DNA from: a virus
Taxonomy: Duplodnaviria > Caudoviricetes
Reading direction: 5' to 3' (one strand)
IMG/VR virus record: IMGVR_UViG_3300044475_000010
Location: 1 to 40,954 of that record
DNA: 40,954 bases
Shown here: positions 1 to 8,503 of the stretch, in pieces
Position numbering within the stretch: the stretch's first letter is position 1
Layout: each line of letters begins with the position of its first letter
The notes under the pieces: model-generated
Told to the model about the DNA's origin: nothing
Seen by the model: the letters and a program-made list of their open reading frames with translations, nothing else
Databases searched by the model: none
Program-made: the position numbers and the translations under genes

Positions 1-127
1 ATACACCCCACGGCCAGCGGCCACCGGGCGGGCAGCGATGCTCGACTCGAACTCGGTGGACACGTCAACGCGGACCGTCTTGATGGACAGGACGCCATCA
101 GCCCGCATGATGAACTGGGTTTGGTCC
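1..127. repeat. Terminal direct overlap (assembly circularisation artefact), copy 1
   Basis: Bases 1-127 are identical to 40828-40954, and the overlap falls inside the tail tube B ORF. 127 is a common assembler k-mer size. Confidence 0.95.
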
Positions 128-1371
128 GACCACAGCAGCAGCTCTTCGGAGAAGGCCACGGCATGGTTGAGGATGGACACTCGGGAGTGGGACACGGCAA
201 CGTCAATGCAGTCCGTGTCGTTCACTGCCACCACGCTGGGCGGGAAGAACTTGAAGTATTCCGCAGACCCGGACAGGATGATGTTCTCTCCCGACAGGAA
301 GCCGAGGCGGTTGCGGTAGAAGAACACATCGTTGATCGTGGAGCCCACGAACGAGGGGAGCGGGCTGGAGTCGTCGTCACCGGCCACTCGGCCCTGCCAG
401 GATGCCCGCCCGAAGGTGAAGGTCCCGTCAGCATTGCGCACCAGGGTGTGGGGCATCGTGGATGGGTCCAGCAGGTACTCCAGGCCAGGGGCCACCACTT
501 CCACCCAGGTCCCCGTGGTCGAGTTGTAGCGGATGTAGTAGTCGTCGCTGCCGGAGCCGGGATCGCCGGTCACCTTGCACATATAGCCGTCAGGTGCCTG
601 GGCGGGCAGGACGTTGAACCGCTGGGCATCGAACTTCACCGCCGTCAGCAGGCCGTTGTTGAAGCCATCCTCCGTGGTGATGGGGCCGAAGGAGGCTCCT
701 GGGCAGATCAGGTGGATGTAGCTGGGGCCCACCGACACTGACCACCCTGAGGGGCCCAGATTGACAGCCAGTTGGTTTGCCAAGTTCTGGGTAATCGCCT
801 GGGTGTCAATCGCCGGGGCATCCGCTGCGGTGGTCCCATTGGGGGTGGTGTACACCGCGTAGTCAACACCCGAGATCTTCACCCGGTAGGTCCGCCCGTA
901 CTGGCCGCCTTTGACGTTGATGAGGGCGTGCCGGTTCTTGTCCCAGCCTGGGTAGCTCAGGTCCGGCAGGGTGTCCACCACCTTCTTGCGGTTGACGATG
1001 AAGGTGTAGTCGGCCACGGTCACCATGCGGATGTCGTCACGGGGCGTGGAGGTGGTAACGTAGGCATTCCCGTTGGGGAAGTTAACGGTCTTCTCGTTGC
1101 CCGCGAGGTCGTACACCTTGATGGTGTTCTCGGTGAAGACCACTTTGTACCGCTCGGTGGCGTCTCGGTTGATGAGGCGCACCAGGGGTTTCCCTGTGAG
1201 GGTGGCGCGCAGGCGCTTGATGTGGACGGACGGCGGGCGCTTCTGCAAGCCCTCGACTTCGGAACTGAAGCCGTTCACTTGGGCCTGCCCCTGGTCGGGG
1301 AAGCGCAGGATGTCGGGCTGTTGGGATACCCCGCCCTTCAGGTTCTTGATGGTCTGAGTGACTAAGGGCAT
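1..1371 (-). CDS. Tail tubular protein B (T7 gp12-like), N-terminal part; continues across the junction to 39844
   Basis: ATG at 1371 gives MPLVTQTIKNLKGGVSQQPDILRFPDQGQAQVNGFSSEVEGLQKRPP, the gp12 N-terminus. Joined length is 1371+984=2355 nt (784 aa), in frame. Confidence 0.93.
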   Translation of the reverse strand, partial: MPLVTQTIKNLKGGVSQQPDILRFPDQGQAQVNGFSSEVEGLQKRPPSVHIKRLRATLTGKPLVRLINRDATERYKVVFTENTIKVYDLAGNEKTVNFPNGNAYVTTSTPRDDIRMVTVADYTFIVNRKKVVDTLPDLSYPGWDKNRHALINVKGGQYGRTYRVKISGVDYAVYTTPNGTTAADAPAIDTQAITQNLANQLAVNLGPSGWSVSVGPSYIHLICPGASFGPITTEDGFNNGLLTAVKFDAQRFNVLPAQAPDGYMCKVTGDPGSGSDDYYIRYNSTTGTWVEVVAPGLEYLLDPSTMPHTLVRNADGTFTFGRASWQGRVAGDDDSSPLPSFVGSTINDVFFYRNRLGFLSGENIILSGSAEYFKFFPPSVVAVNDTDCIDVAVSHSRVSILNHAVAFSEELLLWSDQTQFIMRADGVLSIKTVRVDVSTEFESSIAARPVAAGRGVY

Positions 1372-1373
1372 GG

Positions 1374-1952
1374 TTACCGTCCAATACCGGTGGAGATGTA
1401 GCTGTCCGACTGGAAGATGTTGTACGCTCCGTACTCCAGCTCGTACTCCTGCACCGACTGCTGCTGCATCATGATGATCTGGTCGCAGGCTTGGTCGATG
1501 GCCGGGTCACCGTAGAAGTCGTTGTTGAACTGCTTGCGGGCCAGGGCGGTGATGTACATGCGGAAGCACAGGGGCATCTCCTCAAAGGGGATCTGCTCGG
1601 TCACCGAAGCGGTGAAGCGGCCCGTGAAGACATCGGTGCGGCCCTCGCGGTCGTACACAAACCCGCCACGGTTGCGGTAGGGTGTGCCCCCGCTGGAGAT
1701 GACGCGGAGCCAGCTCGGCTGCCACTTGATCTTACCGCTGAAGGTGTCGGGCACCATGGGATAGGCATCGTCAATGTTGAACGTCCAGCCCTTGTCCTGC
1801 ACGAACACGTCCCAGGTGTTCAGGATGCGCGAAGCGTTGATGGCGTCCACGTTGGCCACCCCCTCAAGGGTGTTCAGCGCGGCCTCACCAATCGCCCCGA
1901 TGATGTTGTTCACCGCGTCCAGCCGGGACGTGATGGGGATGATCTGAGCCAT
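1374..1952 (-). CDS. Tail tubular protein A (T7 gp11-like)
   Basis: Motifs LDAVNNIIGAIGE, GWTFN, GFVYDR and EMPLCFR; lies after the capsid terminator. Confidence 0.93.
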   Translation of the reverse strand: MAQIIPITSRLDAVNNIIGAIGEAALNTLEGVANVDAINASRILNTWDVFVQDKGWTFNIDDAYPMVPDTFSGKIKWQPSWLRVISSGGTPYRNRGGFVYDREGRTDVFTGRFTASVTEQIPFEEMPLCFRMYITALARKQFNNDFYGDPAIDQACDQIIMMQQQSVQEYELEYGAYNIFQSDSYISTGIGR

Positions 1953-1964
1953 TATGGTCTCCTT

Positions 1965-2012
1965 AACGAAAAAACCCCCAAAGGTAACCCGCTATGGGCC
2001 CGATGGGGGTTT
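1965..2012 (-). terminator. Tphi-like intrinsic terminator after the capsid gene
   Basis: Minus strand AAACCCCCA...TGGGGGTTT followed by TTTCGTT, at the same position as T7 Tphi. Confidence 0.85.
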
Positions 2013-2018
2013 GGTGTG

Positions 2019-2186
2019 CTACTTGGGTTGCGCCTTGGATCGCGGCGGCTTAGGAGCCTTTTGAGGGGCAGCAGACGGTGCCTCCTTGGGGCCCTTTTTG
2101 GGGGCCTCAGTGAGACCAAGCTGCTCCGCCAGACGATCAAAGCCCGAAGGCCCACGAGGGGCCCTGAAGGGTCTCGCCGCCAGCAT
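2019..2186 (-). CDS. 55-aa Lys/Pro/Ala-rich ORF after the capsid gene (possible gp10B-type extension)
   Basis: Read manually: MLAARPFRAPRGPSGFDRLAEQLGLTEAPKKGPKEAPSAAPQKAPKPPRSKAQPK. It is in the -1 frame relative to the capsid and is open across the capsid stop. Confidence 0.45.
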   Translation of the reverse strand: MLAARPFRAPRGPSGFDRLAEQLGLTEAPKKGPKEAPSAAPQKAPKPPRSKAQPK

Positions 2187-2191
2187 GCCGA

Positions 2192-3148
2192 TTAGGCTTG
2201 CTTGACGATGATGACTTCGGAGGCTTCCGGGCGCAGGACGCCGTGGCCCATCGCGTACTTGGCGATGATCTGGTCGGCTTGGTACTCGGGGCGGCGGGCG
2301 CGCTCCAGAGCCAGATCCTTCAGCTTGACGGTGCCGACAGCCGAGCGGTGAACGGCCAGGCCGACCACCTTGCCAGCCAGCGAGGCCGGGAAGGCGTGCT
2401 TGCCATCTGCGCCGCCCAGCTCGAAGTGCGGGACTTCAACGATCATGAAGCCGTGGATGTTCTTCAGGTTGCCGGTTTCCGGGTCGATGATCGCTTGGTA
2501 GTTCGCGGCGTTCGGCATCAGAGCGGCCAGGATGCACGAATAGGCTTCCGGGGTAGCGAAGAAGTAACGGTCGCCGGACGGGACGTACTTCTTGCCCAGC
2601 TTCATGCGAGCGGTTGCCAGGGCGTTCAGGATCTCTTGACCGGTAGCGGCGTCAGCGACGGCCACGGTGGTCTTGGATGCCAGTTGGGTGGTGCCGCCAG
2701 CGCCCAGGCCCGGCAGGGTTTCGGCGGACAGGGCAGCGTTGGCGAACTCGGCCAGGACGGAACCGTCAGCAGCCAGTGCCAGGGATTCGCCCAGTTGGCG
2801 CGAGTATTCGCCGCGCACGTCGAAGTGGTTCATCGCGTCGTCGATGTCGGTGATGAGCACGTCATCGGTCAGCAGGCCGTCGATCACGATGACCTTTTCG
2901 TTGTGCGGGATCGCATCACGTTGGTCGTCCAGCGAAGCGCCAGCCGCCAGATACTTGGCGACCGAGCGACCGGTAACCGGGAACTGGGCCGACTTGCCCG
3001 ACTGGATGGTGCGGATCACATGCTTGTCCATGGTCTTCGCGGTGCGCGCGAATGCGGTCAGGACTTCGCCCGCGAACATCTTCAGGAACAGGGCCATGCG
3101 GTCGCCCGCGTTGTTCACTTGACCCGGATTTTGGACGATAGTTGCCAT
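2192..3148 (-). CDS. Major capsid protein (T7 gp10A-like)
   Basis: Motifs LFLKMFAGEVLTAF, GKSAQFPVTGR and ADQIIAKYAMGHGVLRPE; AGGAG RBS and an upstream phage promoter. Confidence 0.97.
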   Translation of the reverse strand: MATIVQNPGQVNNAGDRMALFLKMFAGEVLTAFARTAKTMDKHVIRTIQSGKSAQFPVTGRSVAKYLAAGASLDDQRDAIPHNEKVIVIDGLLTDDVLITDIDDAMNHFDVRGEYSRQLGESLALAADGSVLAEFANAALSAETLPGLGAGGTTQLASKTTVAVADAATGQEILNALATARMKLGKKYVPSGDRYFFATPEAYSCILAALMPNAANYQAIIDPETGNLKNIHGFMIVEVPHFELGGADGKHAFPASLAGKVVGLAVHRSAVGTVKLKDLALERARRPEYQADQIIAKYAMGHGVLRPEASEVIIVKQA

Positions 3149-3213
3149 GTGGTGATTCTCCTATGAAGTTGAAAGAATTTTGGTGGATGCGCTCCACCGG
3201 GCGTGCTGCCAGT

Positions 3214-3230
3214 TATAGTGGGGGTTAATT
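3214..3230 (-). promoter_or_regulatory. Phage RNAP promoter (phi10-like)
   Basis: AATTAACCCCCACTATA|ACT upstream of the capsid gene. Confidence 0.9.
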
Positions 3231-4155
3231 AGCTGACCGCCACACGAGCCTCGACCTGCTTGGTGTAAGCAGCATCGCGGCCATAACGCTTGTCGCTCAT
3301 CGCGGCCACCATATCAGCCTGGGTAGCGAACGGCTCGACCGATGCGGCCTTGCTCGACTGCTTCTGGGCGTTCGGGGCCGGACGGACCGGCAGCTTGTTG
3401 CGGGTGCCCACGGCGGCCTTGTGGCCCGCCAGGATGCCCTTGATGACAACCGAAGCGGTCACCAGATCACCGGCGAAGTAAGCCTTGTTGAAGGCGTCCA
3501 CCGCTTGATGGTCATTCTTGGCCGCCCAGTCGGACGCAGCCTTCCAGGCTTCCTTGCCACCGCCCAGCTCGAAGATCTTGTTGTCGAAGGCCGACTGCTG
3601 CGCGACTGCGCCAGCGATCATGCTATCAACGACTTGGGCCGGGAAGCCCGCTTCAGCCAGTTTCGCGTAGGAAGCCTCGGACAGCTTGTTGCCGCCCTTG
3701 TAGTATTCTTCCGCGATGGCGTTCACGTCCACGCCCTTTTCGGTCAGGATGGACGCGGCCTGCTGGAGGCCCTTCTGCTGGACTTCGATGCCCTTCTGGA
3801 TCTCCTCGACGGTCTCTTGATCTTCGACCGGCTTGGCCTTCTCGGTGCCATCGTCGTCCAGTTCTTCCTCGTCGGTTTCCTTGTTGTCATCGACTTGGAT
3901 CTCGTTGCCGTTCTCGTCGGTCAGCGTCTCGGTCTCGTTGACCTTGACATCAACGGTCTGGTCGCTGTCCACGATGGAGGCATCGTTGTTCAGCAGTGCC
4001 AGCTCCTCTTCGGTCAGCTCGCCGGAGGTGATGGCGTTGGCACCGTAGAGGGAATCCACGGAGGAACCGCCATTGCTGATTTCCACGATGTTGCTCTTCA
4101 GGAAGCCAGCCATCAGGAACGAGAACAGGGCCGAGATGGGATTGAATTTGCGCAT
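3229..4155 (-). CDS. Capsid assembly scaffolding protein (T7 gp9-like)
   Basis: Acidic protein with LSEASYAKLAEAGF and C-terminal AMSDKRYGRDAAYTKQVEARV; lies between portal and capsid. Confidence 0.93.
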   Translation of the reverse strand: MRKFNPISALFSFLMAGFLKSNIVEISNGGSSVDSLYGANAITSGELTEEELALLNNDASIVDSDQTVDVKVNETETLTDENGNEIQVDDNKETDEEELDDDGTEKAKPVEDQETVEEIQKGIEVQQKGLQQAASILTEKGVDVNAIAEEYYKGGNKLSEASYAKLAEAGFPAQVVDSMIAGAVAQQSAFDNKIFELGGGKEAWKAASDWAAKNDHQAVDAFNKAYFAGDLVTASVVIKGILAGHKAAVGTRNKLPVRPAPNAQKQSSKAASVEPFATQADMVAAMSDKRYGRDAAYTKQVEARVAVS

Positions 4156-4186
4156 GGTGATTCTCCTATGAAAGTTGAGTGTCAGA

Positions 4187-4203
4187 GATAGTGGGGGTTA
4201 ATT
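4187..4203 (-). promoter_or_regulatory. Phage RNAP promoter (phi9-like)
   Basis: AATTAACCCCCACTATC upstream of the scaffold gene. Confidence 0.88.
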
Positions 4204-4231
4204 GGAGGAGCCCCCTAGAGGGCCCCTCGGG

Positions 4232-5836
4232 TTAGCCCCCAGCGGCTGCTTGTTGAAGCGCCTGAGGGTTCACCGAAGCGGCACCCAGCCCCTGGCCCAT
4301 AGTGGCACCAGCGGCTGCACCGCCTTGCTGCATGGCCGTGGCGATAGCGCCTTGGGCCTGACGTTGTTGCAATTCGGCATCGCTCAGGATCAGGCCCTGG
4401 GTGTCGATACCGGCTGCTTGAGCGGCACGCAGCAGGAAGTTGTCCCAGTCGATGCGGGAACTCACCTTGTCCGCGATGCCGCCCACAACGGACTGGAAGG
4501 TCATCAGCTTGTTGAGATCCTGGCCCCGACCGATTGCGTCAAGGCCCGTGATGATCTTCGGCTTGAGGGCCTCCTCGGGGAGTTCAGGGATGGCCTCGGT
4601 AGCTGCCAGCTCGACCAGCAGACGGGAGATGACCCGGTACTGCCACTCGATGGACAGCGTGGAATACACGCCACCCATGGTAGCCTCCAGCTCCTGGGAG
4701 ACGTAGCGGATCTCCTCGGCGGTCACACGCTCTGCATTGCGCTGGACGGCGCTATTGAGCAGGAAGGCGTAGGACAGGCGGGACTCCAGCTTCTCGGCGG
4801 TCTGGGAGGCGACTTGGAAGTCGGCGTACTTCTGGACTTGGAATACCTGAACATCGTCCAGGCGGCCTGGGATGAAGTCACCATTGCTCGACTTCGCCAG
4901 CTTGCGCACGGAGGTCTGGCTATTGGGATTCACCAGGAACACCACCTTAGAGGCCACAATGGCAAACTCCACGATGGCCTTGGAGAGGTTCTCCAGGGAG
5001 ACCAGATCGCCAATGTACTCCTCGATGAAGCTGCGGCCATAGTTCTCGCCGGGCATCACGAATAGCCGAACGGGAATCCATGGGGAGGCATCTGAGGGGT
5101 AGGTGTTGGTGGTCTCCAGTACCTCGCCATTGATCTCCTGATACTCCAGCCACTGGTCGCTCTCGGTGTCCCGGTAGCAGTGGGTGTACACCTCGATCTG
5201 CTGGGTCGGGTCCTCCTCGTAGTCCTGGGCATCTGGCAGCGCCTTCTTGATGTCCTCGGGGAGGGCAGCATAGGCGATGCGATCACGCACGACTGTCTGG
5301 ATCACGTTGCCGATGCTGTCACGCTCGACCACGAAGTTTTGCAGCTTGTAGAGGGTGGCCCCTGTCTCGCCGGGCGGCATGTACCACAGGACGTTGCCTG
5401 CAACCAAAAGCTGCTTGCACATCTCGCTGACCTTCGGGCGGTAGCCAGCGGCCTCGGTGTAGCGCAGGATGATGCGCTCGACCATGGCAAGGCCCAGTGC
5501 TGCCTTCTGCACGATGTCCTTGTCGCCGGACTGAGCGCCCTGGCTCTTCAGCACGTACTCGTCAATGTCCAGCTTCGCCATCGACTCGCCCACTGGCAGG
5601 ATCGCCAGCAGCATCTTTGCCGCCATGTTGTTGAGGCCGCGTGCGCCCATCGACTGGTAGGGCGTTGCGTACTCGGTGGAGTTGTTGTCGGATTCCTTCG
5701 GGAACAGGGAAGGAATGGTGTATTGCGCATTCTTTTCTGCGCGGGTGATGTAGGGCGCTCGGTCGTTGGAGAGACGGTCATAGACCGCCTTAGCTCCGTC
5801 AATGGCGAGCCCTACCTTTGCGCCGGGTTCAGCCAT
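4232..5836 (-). CDS. Head-tail connector / portal protein (T7 gp8-like)
   Basis: Motifs YTIPSLFP, QSMGARGLNN, YGRSFIEEY and RNAERVTAEEIR. Confidence 0.97.
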   Translation of the reverse strand: MAEPGAKVGLAIDGAKAVYDRLSNDRAPYITRAEKNAQYTIPSLFPKESDNNSTEYATPYQSMGARGLNNMAAKMLLAILPVGESMAKLDIDEYVLKSQGAQSGDKDIVQKAALGLAMVERIILRYTEAAGYRPKVSEMCKQLLVAGNVLWYMPPGETGATLYKLQNFVVERDSIGNVIQTVVRDRIAYAALPEDIKKALPDAQDYEEDPTQQIEVYTHCYRDTESDQWLEYQEINGEVLETTNTYPSDASPWIPVRLFVMPGENYGRSFIEEYIGDLVSLENLSKAIVEFAIVASKVVFLVNPNSQTSVRKLAKSSNGDFIPGRLDDVQVFQVQKYADFQVASQTAEKLESRLSYAFLLNSAVQRNAERVTAEEIRYVSQELEATMGGVYSTLSIEWQYRVISRLLVELAATEAIPELPEEALKPKIITGLDAIGRGQDLNKLMTFQSVVGGIADKVSSRIDWDNFLLRAAQAAGIDTQGLILSDAELQQRQAQGAIATAMQQGGAAAGATMGQGLGAASVNPQALQQAAAGG

Positions 5837-5848
5837 GTGTCAGCCCCC

Positions 5849-6118
5849 TTAGACGTTCAGGCCGGAGCCACCGCTGCCACCTTGGCGCGTGATGGTCACG
5901 CTGCGCTTGCCCTTGCCCTTGGCGCGGGCCTTGGTCGAGTCGCCGCCCTCATCCGTCTGCACGGTCTTGGGGGTCTCGGCGGCTGGCGCTGCTGCCGGTG
6001 CCGGTGCTTCAGCCTGGGTGGCCGGAGCCTGCTGGATCACGGGGGTGTCGGGCTTGCCCAGGACTGCGCCCAGTGCGTTAGACAGCGAACTGCCGATGCC
6101 ACGGAATACGGAACCCAT
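5849..6118 (-). CDS. Virion/tail assembly protein (T7 gp7.3-like)
   Basis: Ala/Pro-rich with C-terminal KGKRSVTITR...SGLNV, directly before the portal gene. Confidence 0.82.
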   Translation of the reverse strand: MGSVFRGIGSSLSNALGAVLGKPDTPVIQQAPATQAEAPAPAAAPAAETPKTVQTDEGGDSTKARAKGKGKRSVTITRQGGSGGSGLNV

Positions 6119-6531
6119 TATGGAACCTCCTTGAATGTTGCGTGCTGCACGTTGCCCCGCATGTGGGGGATAACGAGCCAGTCACAGTTGTTGAGCCGGG
6201 TGACCCTCATGGCCTCCCTCAAGAGCGCCGCAGCGACCTTACGGGAACCTCGGCGGTCAGCCCGGAGGTAATTGTGGATGATGACGAAACAGTCGCCCAC
6301 AATGGGGCTCTTCTGGGGCAGCAATACCATGCCGCCCTGAACGGCCCCCAGGGGGTTATCCCTGTAGGCGATCTGGATGGTCTCCAGGCCCTCGTGCTGG
6401 GCCTTTACGTGGCGCACATAGGCGGCCCTTGAGGGGAATGCCTTTTGCGCCAGGGGCATGCTATGCCACGCATCACTGATAAGCCCTGCTGTCATCATCC
6501 CGAGACCCACGCAGACCTTAGACTGGATCAT
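6118..6531 (-). CDS. T7 gp7-like protein (possible GNAT-like fold)
   Basis: C-terminus CDWL...TFKEV resembles T7 gp7 (CDWV...YFKEV); syntenic. Confidence 0.7.
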   Translation of the reverse strand: MIQSKVCVGLGMMTAGLISDAWHSMPLAQKAFPSRAAYVRHVKAQHEGLETIQIAYRDNPLGAVQGGMVLLPQKSPIVGDCFVIIHNYLRADRRGSRKVAAALLREAMRVTRLNNCDWLVIPHMRGNVQHATFKEVP

Positions 6532-6532
6532 G

Positions 6533-6769
6533 TCAGTTGGTCGATGCGTTGAGTCCGGTATTCGCGCCCGAGGACACGGCCTGGGTTTGAACCTTCTTGA
6601 TGGTCAGCGAGCCCACTCCCTTGGAGCGGGTGCCCTCGTTGGCCTGGGTGACGGTCTTGTCGCTACCACCGAAGACCACTGCTTCAGGCTCGGGGGCCTT
6701 GGTCTCCTTGATGGCAGGCGACTCCACCGTGCTGGGCATGCTGACGGATGGTGCGCTGAAGAAACACAT
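6533..6769 (-). CDS. Virion protein (T7 gp6.7-like)
   Basis: N-terminal MCF..P, V.FGG and GVGSLTIK motifs; syntenic. Confidence 0.78.
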   Translation of the reverse strand: MCFFSAPSVSMPSTVESPAIKETKAPEPEAVVFGGSDKTVTQANEGTRSKGVGSLTIKKVQTQAVSSGANTGLNASTN

Positions 6770-6772
6770 CTG

Positions 6773-7630
6773 CTATTCCTTTCCGGGCGGTGTCCAGAGG
6801 ATCGGCTGCTTGGCCTTGAAGTCGAAGTCGGATGCGCGCAGGATGCGGGCGACTCGGGCTTGGGCCAGGGCGTCTTCCTCCGTCAGCCCTTCCTTGCGGA
6901 ACAGAGCGACGATGGCGTCCCAGAGGGTCTCGCCCTCTTCCAGGGGGCGCTTCTTCCACTCGGTAATCAGCTCACCCTTACGGGGCCCCGACTTGAGCGC
7001 ACGCTCCTCCGAGTACACCATGTAGGGCGCATCGAGGAACTCTGCGGCAGAAGTCGGGCCCATGCCGGGACAGCCAGGGTATTCATCCGTGGTGTCGCCA
7101 ATGAGGGTCTGGTACAGGTGGTATCGGTCGGCCTGCTCCACGGTTACCGTGAAGAGTTCCCCTTGAGTAATCCAGAAGAACTGGCCGGGGATGGTGTTGA
7201 AGTCCTTGTCAGGGGACACGATGATGGCCTCGTCGCAACCGATCAGGGACGGCTTGGTGGACAGGATGCCCATGCAGTCGTCGCCTTCCAGGGTCGGGCG
7301 CTCGAAGCACTCGTAGTTCTCCTTGACCCACTGCTTCAGGGCCTCGTACACGATAGGCTTGCCCTTACGGGTGCCCTTGTATTTCGGGTACACGGTCTTC
7401 CGCCAGTTCACGTCATCGGTGAAGCACATGATGGACTTCGCCATGGAGAACCGCTTGTTGCGGGTTTGGATCGCCTCGATGGACGTGACGAAGGCTTCCT
7501 TCGCCAGCTCAAGGTCGCCCCAGAGGGTGATGATGCCATCCTCCCACTCCACCGCCTTGTTGACCGAAGCGGCAGCTTGGAAGGCGTAGTAGTCGGCATC
7601 GAACAGGAGGGCCAGCTTACTCATCGCCAT
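6773..7630 (-). CDS. 5'-3' exonuclease (T7 gp6-like)
   Basis: Motifs DADY, NWRK.VYP.YKG.R, LEGDDCMGI, SPDKDFNTIP and YQTLIGDTTDEYPGCPG. Confidence 0.96.
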   Translation of the reverse strand: MAMSKLALLFDADYYAFQAAASVNKAVEWEDGIITLWGDLELAKEAFVTSIEAIQTRNKRFSMAKSIMCFTDDVNWRKTVYPKYKGTRKGKPIVYEALKQWVKENYECFERPTLEGDDCMGILSTKPSLIGCDEAIIVSPDKDFNTIPGQFFWITQGELFTVTVEQADRYHLYQTLIGDTTDEYPGCPGMGPTSAAEFLDAPYMVYSEERALKSGPRKGELITEWKKRPLEEGETLWDAIVALFRKEGLTEEDALAQARVARILRASDFDFKAKQPILWTPPGKE

Positions 7631-7925
7631 ACTCCACTGTCTTCACCACCTTCTCCACCTCGCGGCGGATAACGGGACCGGTGACATCCACGGACTGGAG
7701 GCCCTCGTTGTAGGACGAGGACGTGTTGACGTGGTAGCCGATGAAGCCAGTGCCATCGCGGGTCTCGCCTAGGACGAAGAATCCGTAGGCGGCGGTGATG
7801 TCGTGCTTCACGCGGCCCAGCTCCTCCTCGTCAATGAGGCAGAAGTCCTCACCCAGCAGGTCGAAGGCGGCTTGCAGGTCCTGGCCCTTGGGGCCGTAGT
7901 CGTAAAAGCTCTTGCTGATTTTCAT
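7617..7925 (-). CDS. Hypothetical protein (at the T7 gp5.9 position)
   Basis: Likely start MKISKS at 7925, with ATGA overlap with the gp5.7 stop and an upstream GGAG. No recognised motif. Confidence 0.65.
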   Translation of the reverse strand: MKISKSFYDYGPKGQDLQAAFDLLGEDFCLIDEEELGRVKHDITAAYGFFVLGETRDGTGFIGYHVNTSSSYNEGLQSVDVTGPVIRREVEKVVKTVEYGDE

Positions 7926-8122
7926 GCTCCCATCTCCTTCAGGAACTCCAGCCCGGCTTGGGTCACCATCCACTTGCCCTGGTTGAGGCCGGTGGAGAGA
8001 CAGGTGATGTAGCCGCGACTGGCCGCCTCAGCGATGGGCCATGCCTTCTCGCGGGCGAAGTTGGACTTCAGTGCCGGTTGGTATCGGTGTACCCCGGTCA
8101 CTGTCTTGATGAGGTCATTCAT
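7922..8122 (-). CDS. T7 gp5.7-like inhibitor of host RNA polymerase
   Basis: SNFARE...IAEAASRGYITCL...W.VT.AG..FLK closely matches T7 gp5.7 (SNYVRN...VAEAASRGHISCL...WEITASGTRFLK). Confidence 0.88.
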   Translation of the reverse strand: MNDLIKTVTGVHRYQPALKSNFAREKAWPIAEAASRGYITCLSTGLNQGKWMVTQAGLEFLKEMGA

Positions 8123-8465
8123 CGCTCACCTTCACGGGCGTCAGGCGGACCGAGATGTTGCCGAAGCGGGTCTCGGGTGCGCATTCCTTGCCGAACTCGC
8201 GCAGGGCAGCGCGGATGGCGGCCTCGGCCACGCGGGTCAGGAACTCCTCCACGGTGTCGCAGCCAGCGGTGAACTGCTGGTGCTTTTGGGCATCCTGCTC
8301 GTAGGCGCGGCGGACACGCTCTGCGGCCACCGGCTCCATGCCCGACAGGTCGCCCTTCACGGCCTTGAAGGCAGCGTCGAAGACGGCCACGTCCTTGGCG
8401 TTGAAGTGGGCCTTCAGGTCGATGGTCGCGGTGCCACGGAAGGTCTTGCCATTTTGTTTGCTCAT
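8115..8465 (-). CDS. T7 gp5.5-like protein (putative H-NS-binding)
   Basis: Lies between DNA polymerase and gp5.7, with similar size and weak resemblance; has its own phage promoter and RBS. Confidence 0.55.
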   Translation of the reverse strand: MSKQNGKTFRGTATIDLKAHFNAKDVAVFDAAFKAVKGDLSGMEPVAAERVRRAYEQDAQKHQQFTAGCDTVEEFLTRVAEAAIRAALREFGKECAPETRFGNISVRLTPVKVSDE

Positions 8466-8486
8466 GGGAATCTCCTATGTTGTCGA

Positions 8487-8503
8487 GATAGTGGGGGTTA
8501 ATT
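8487..8503 (-). promoter_or_regulatory. Phage RNAP promoter
   Basis: AATTAACCCCCACTATC overlapping the DNA polymerase stop codon. Confidence 0.88.

Noticed and set aside
1-127. 127-bp end repeat as the biological terminal repeat
   Set aside because: It lies inside the tail tube B gene and matches an assembler k-mer length. The real ends are probably near 26.6-26.9 kb.
1952-2155. 67-aa ORF from the ORF track
   Set aside because: It runs through the terminator and has no RBS. The alternative frame 2019-2186 fits better.
7922-8465. T7-style 5.5-5.7 frameshift fusion
   Set aside because: The genes overlap, but I saw no slippery sequence near the junction, so a fusion cannot be supported.
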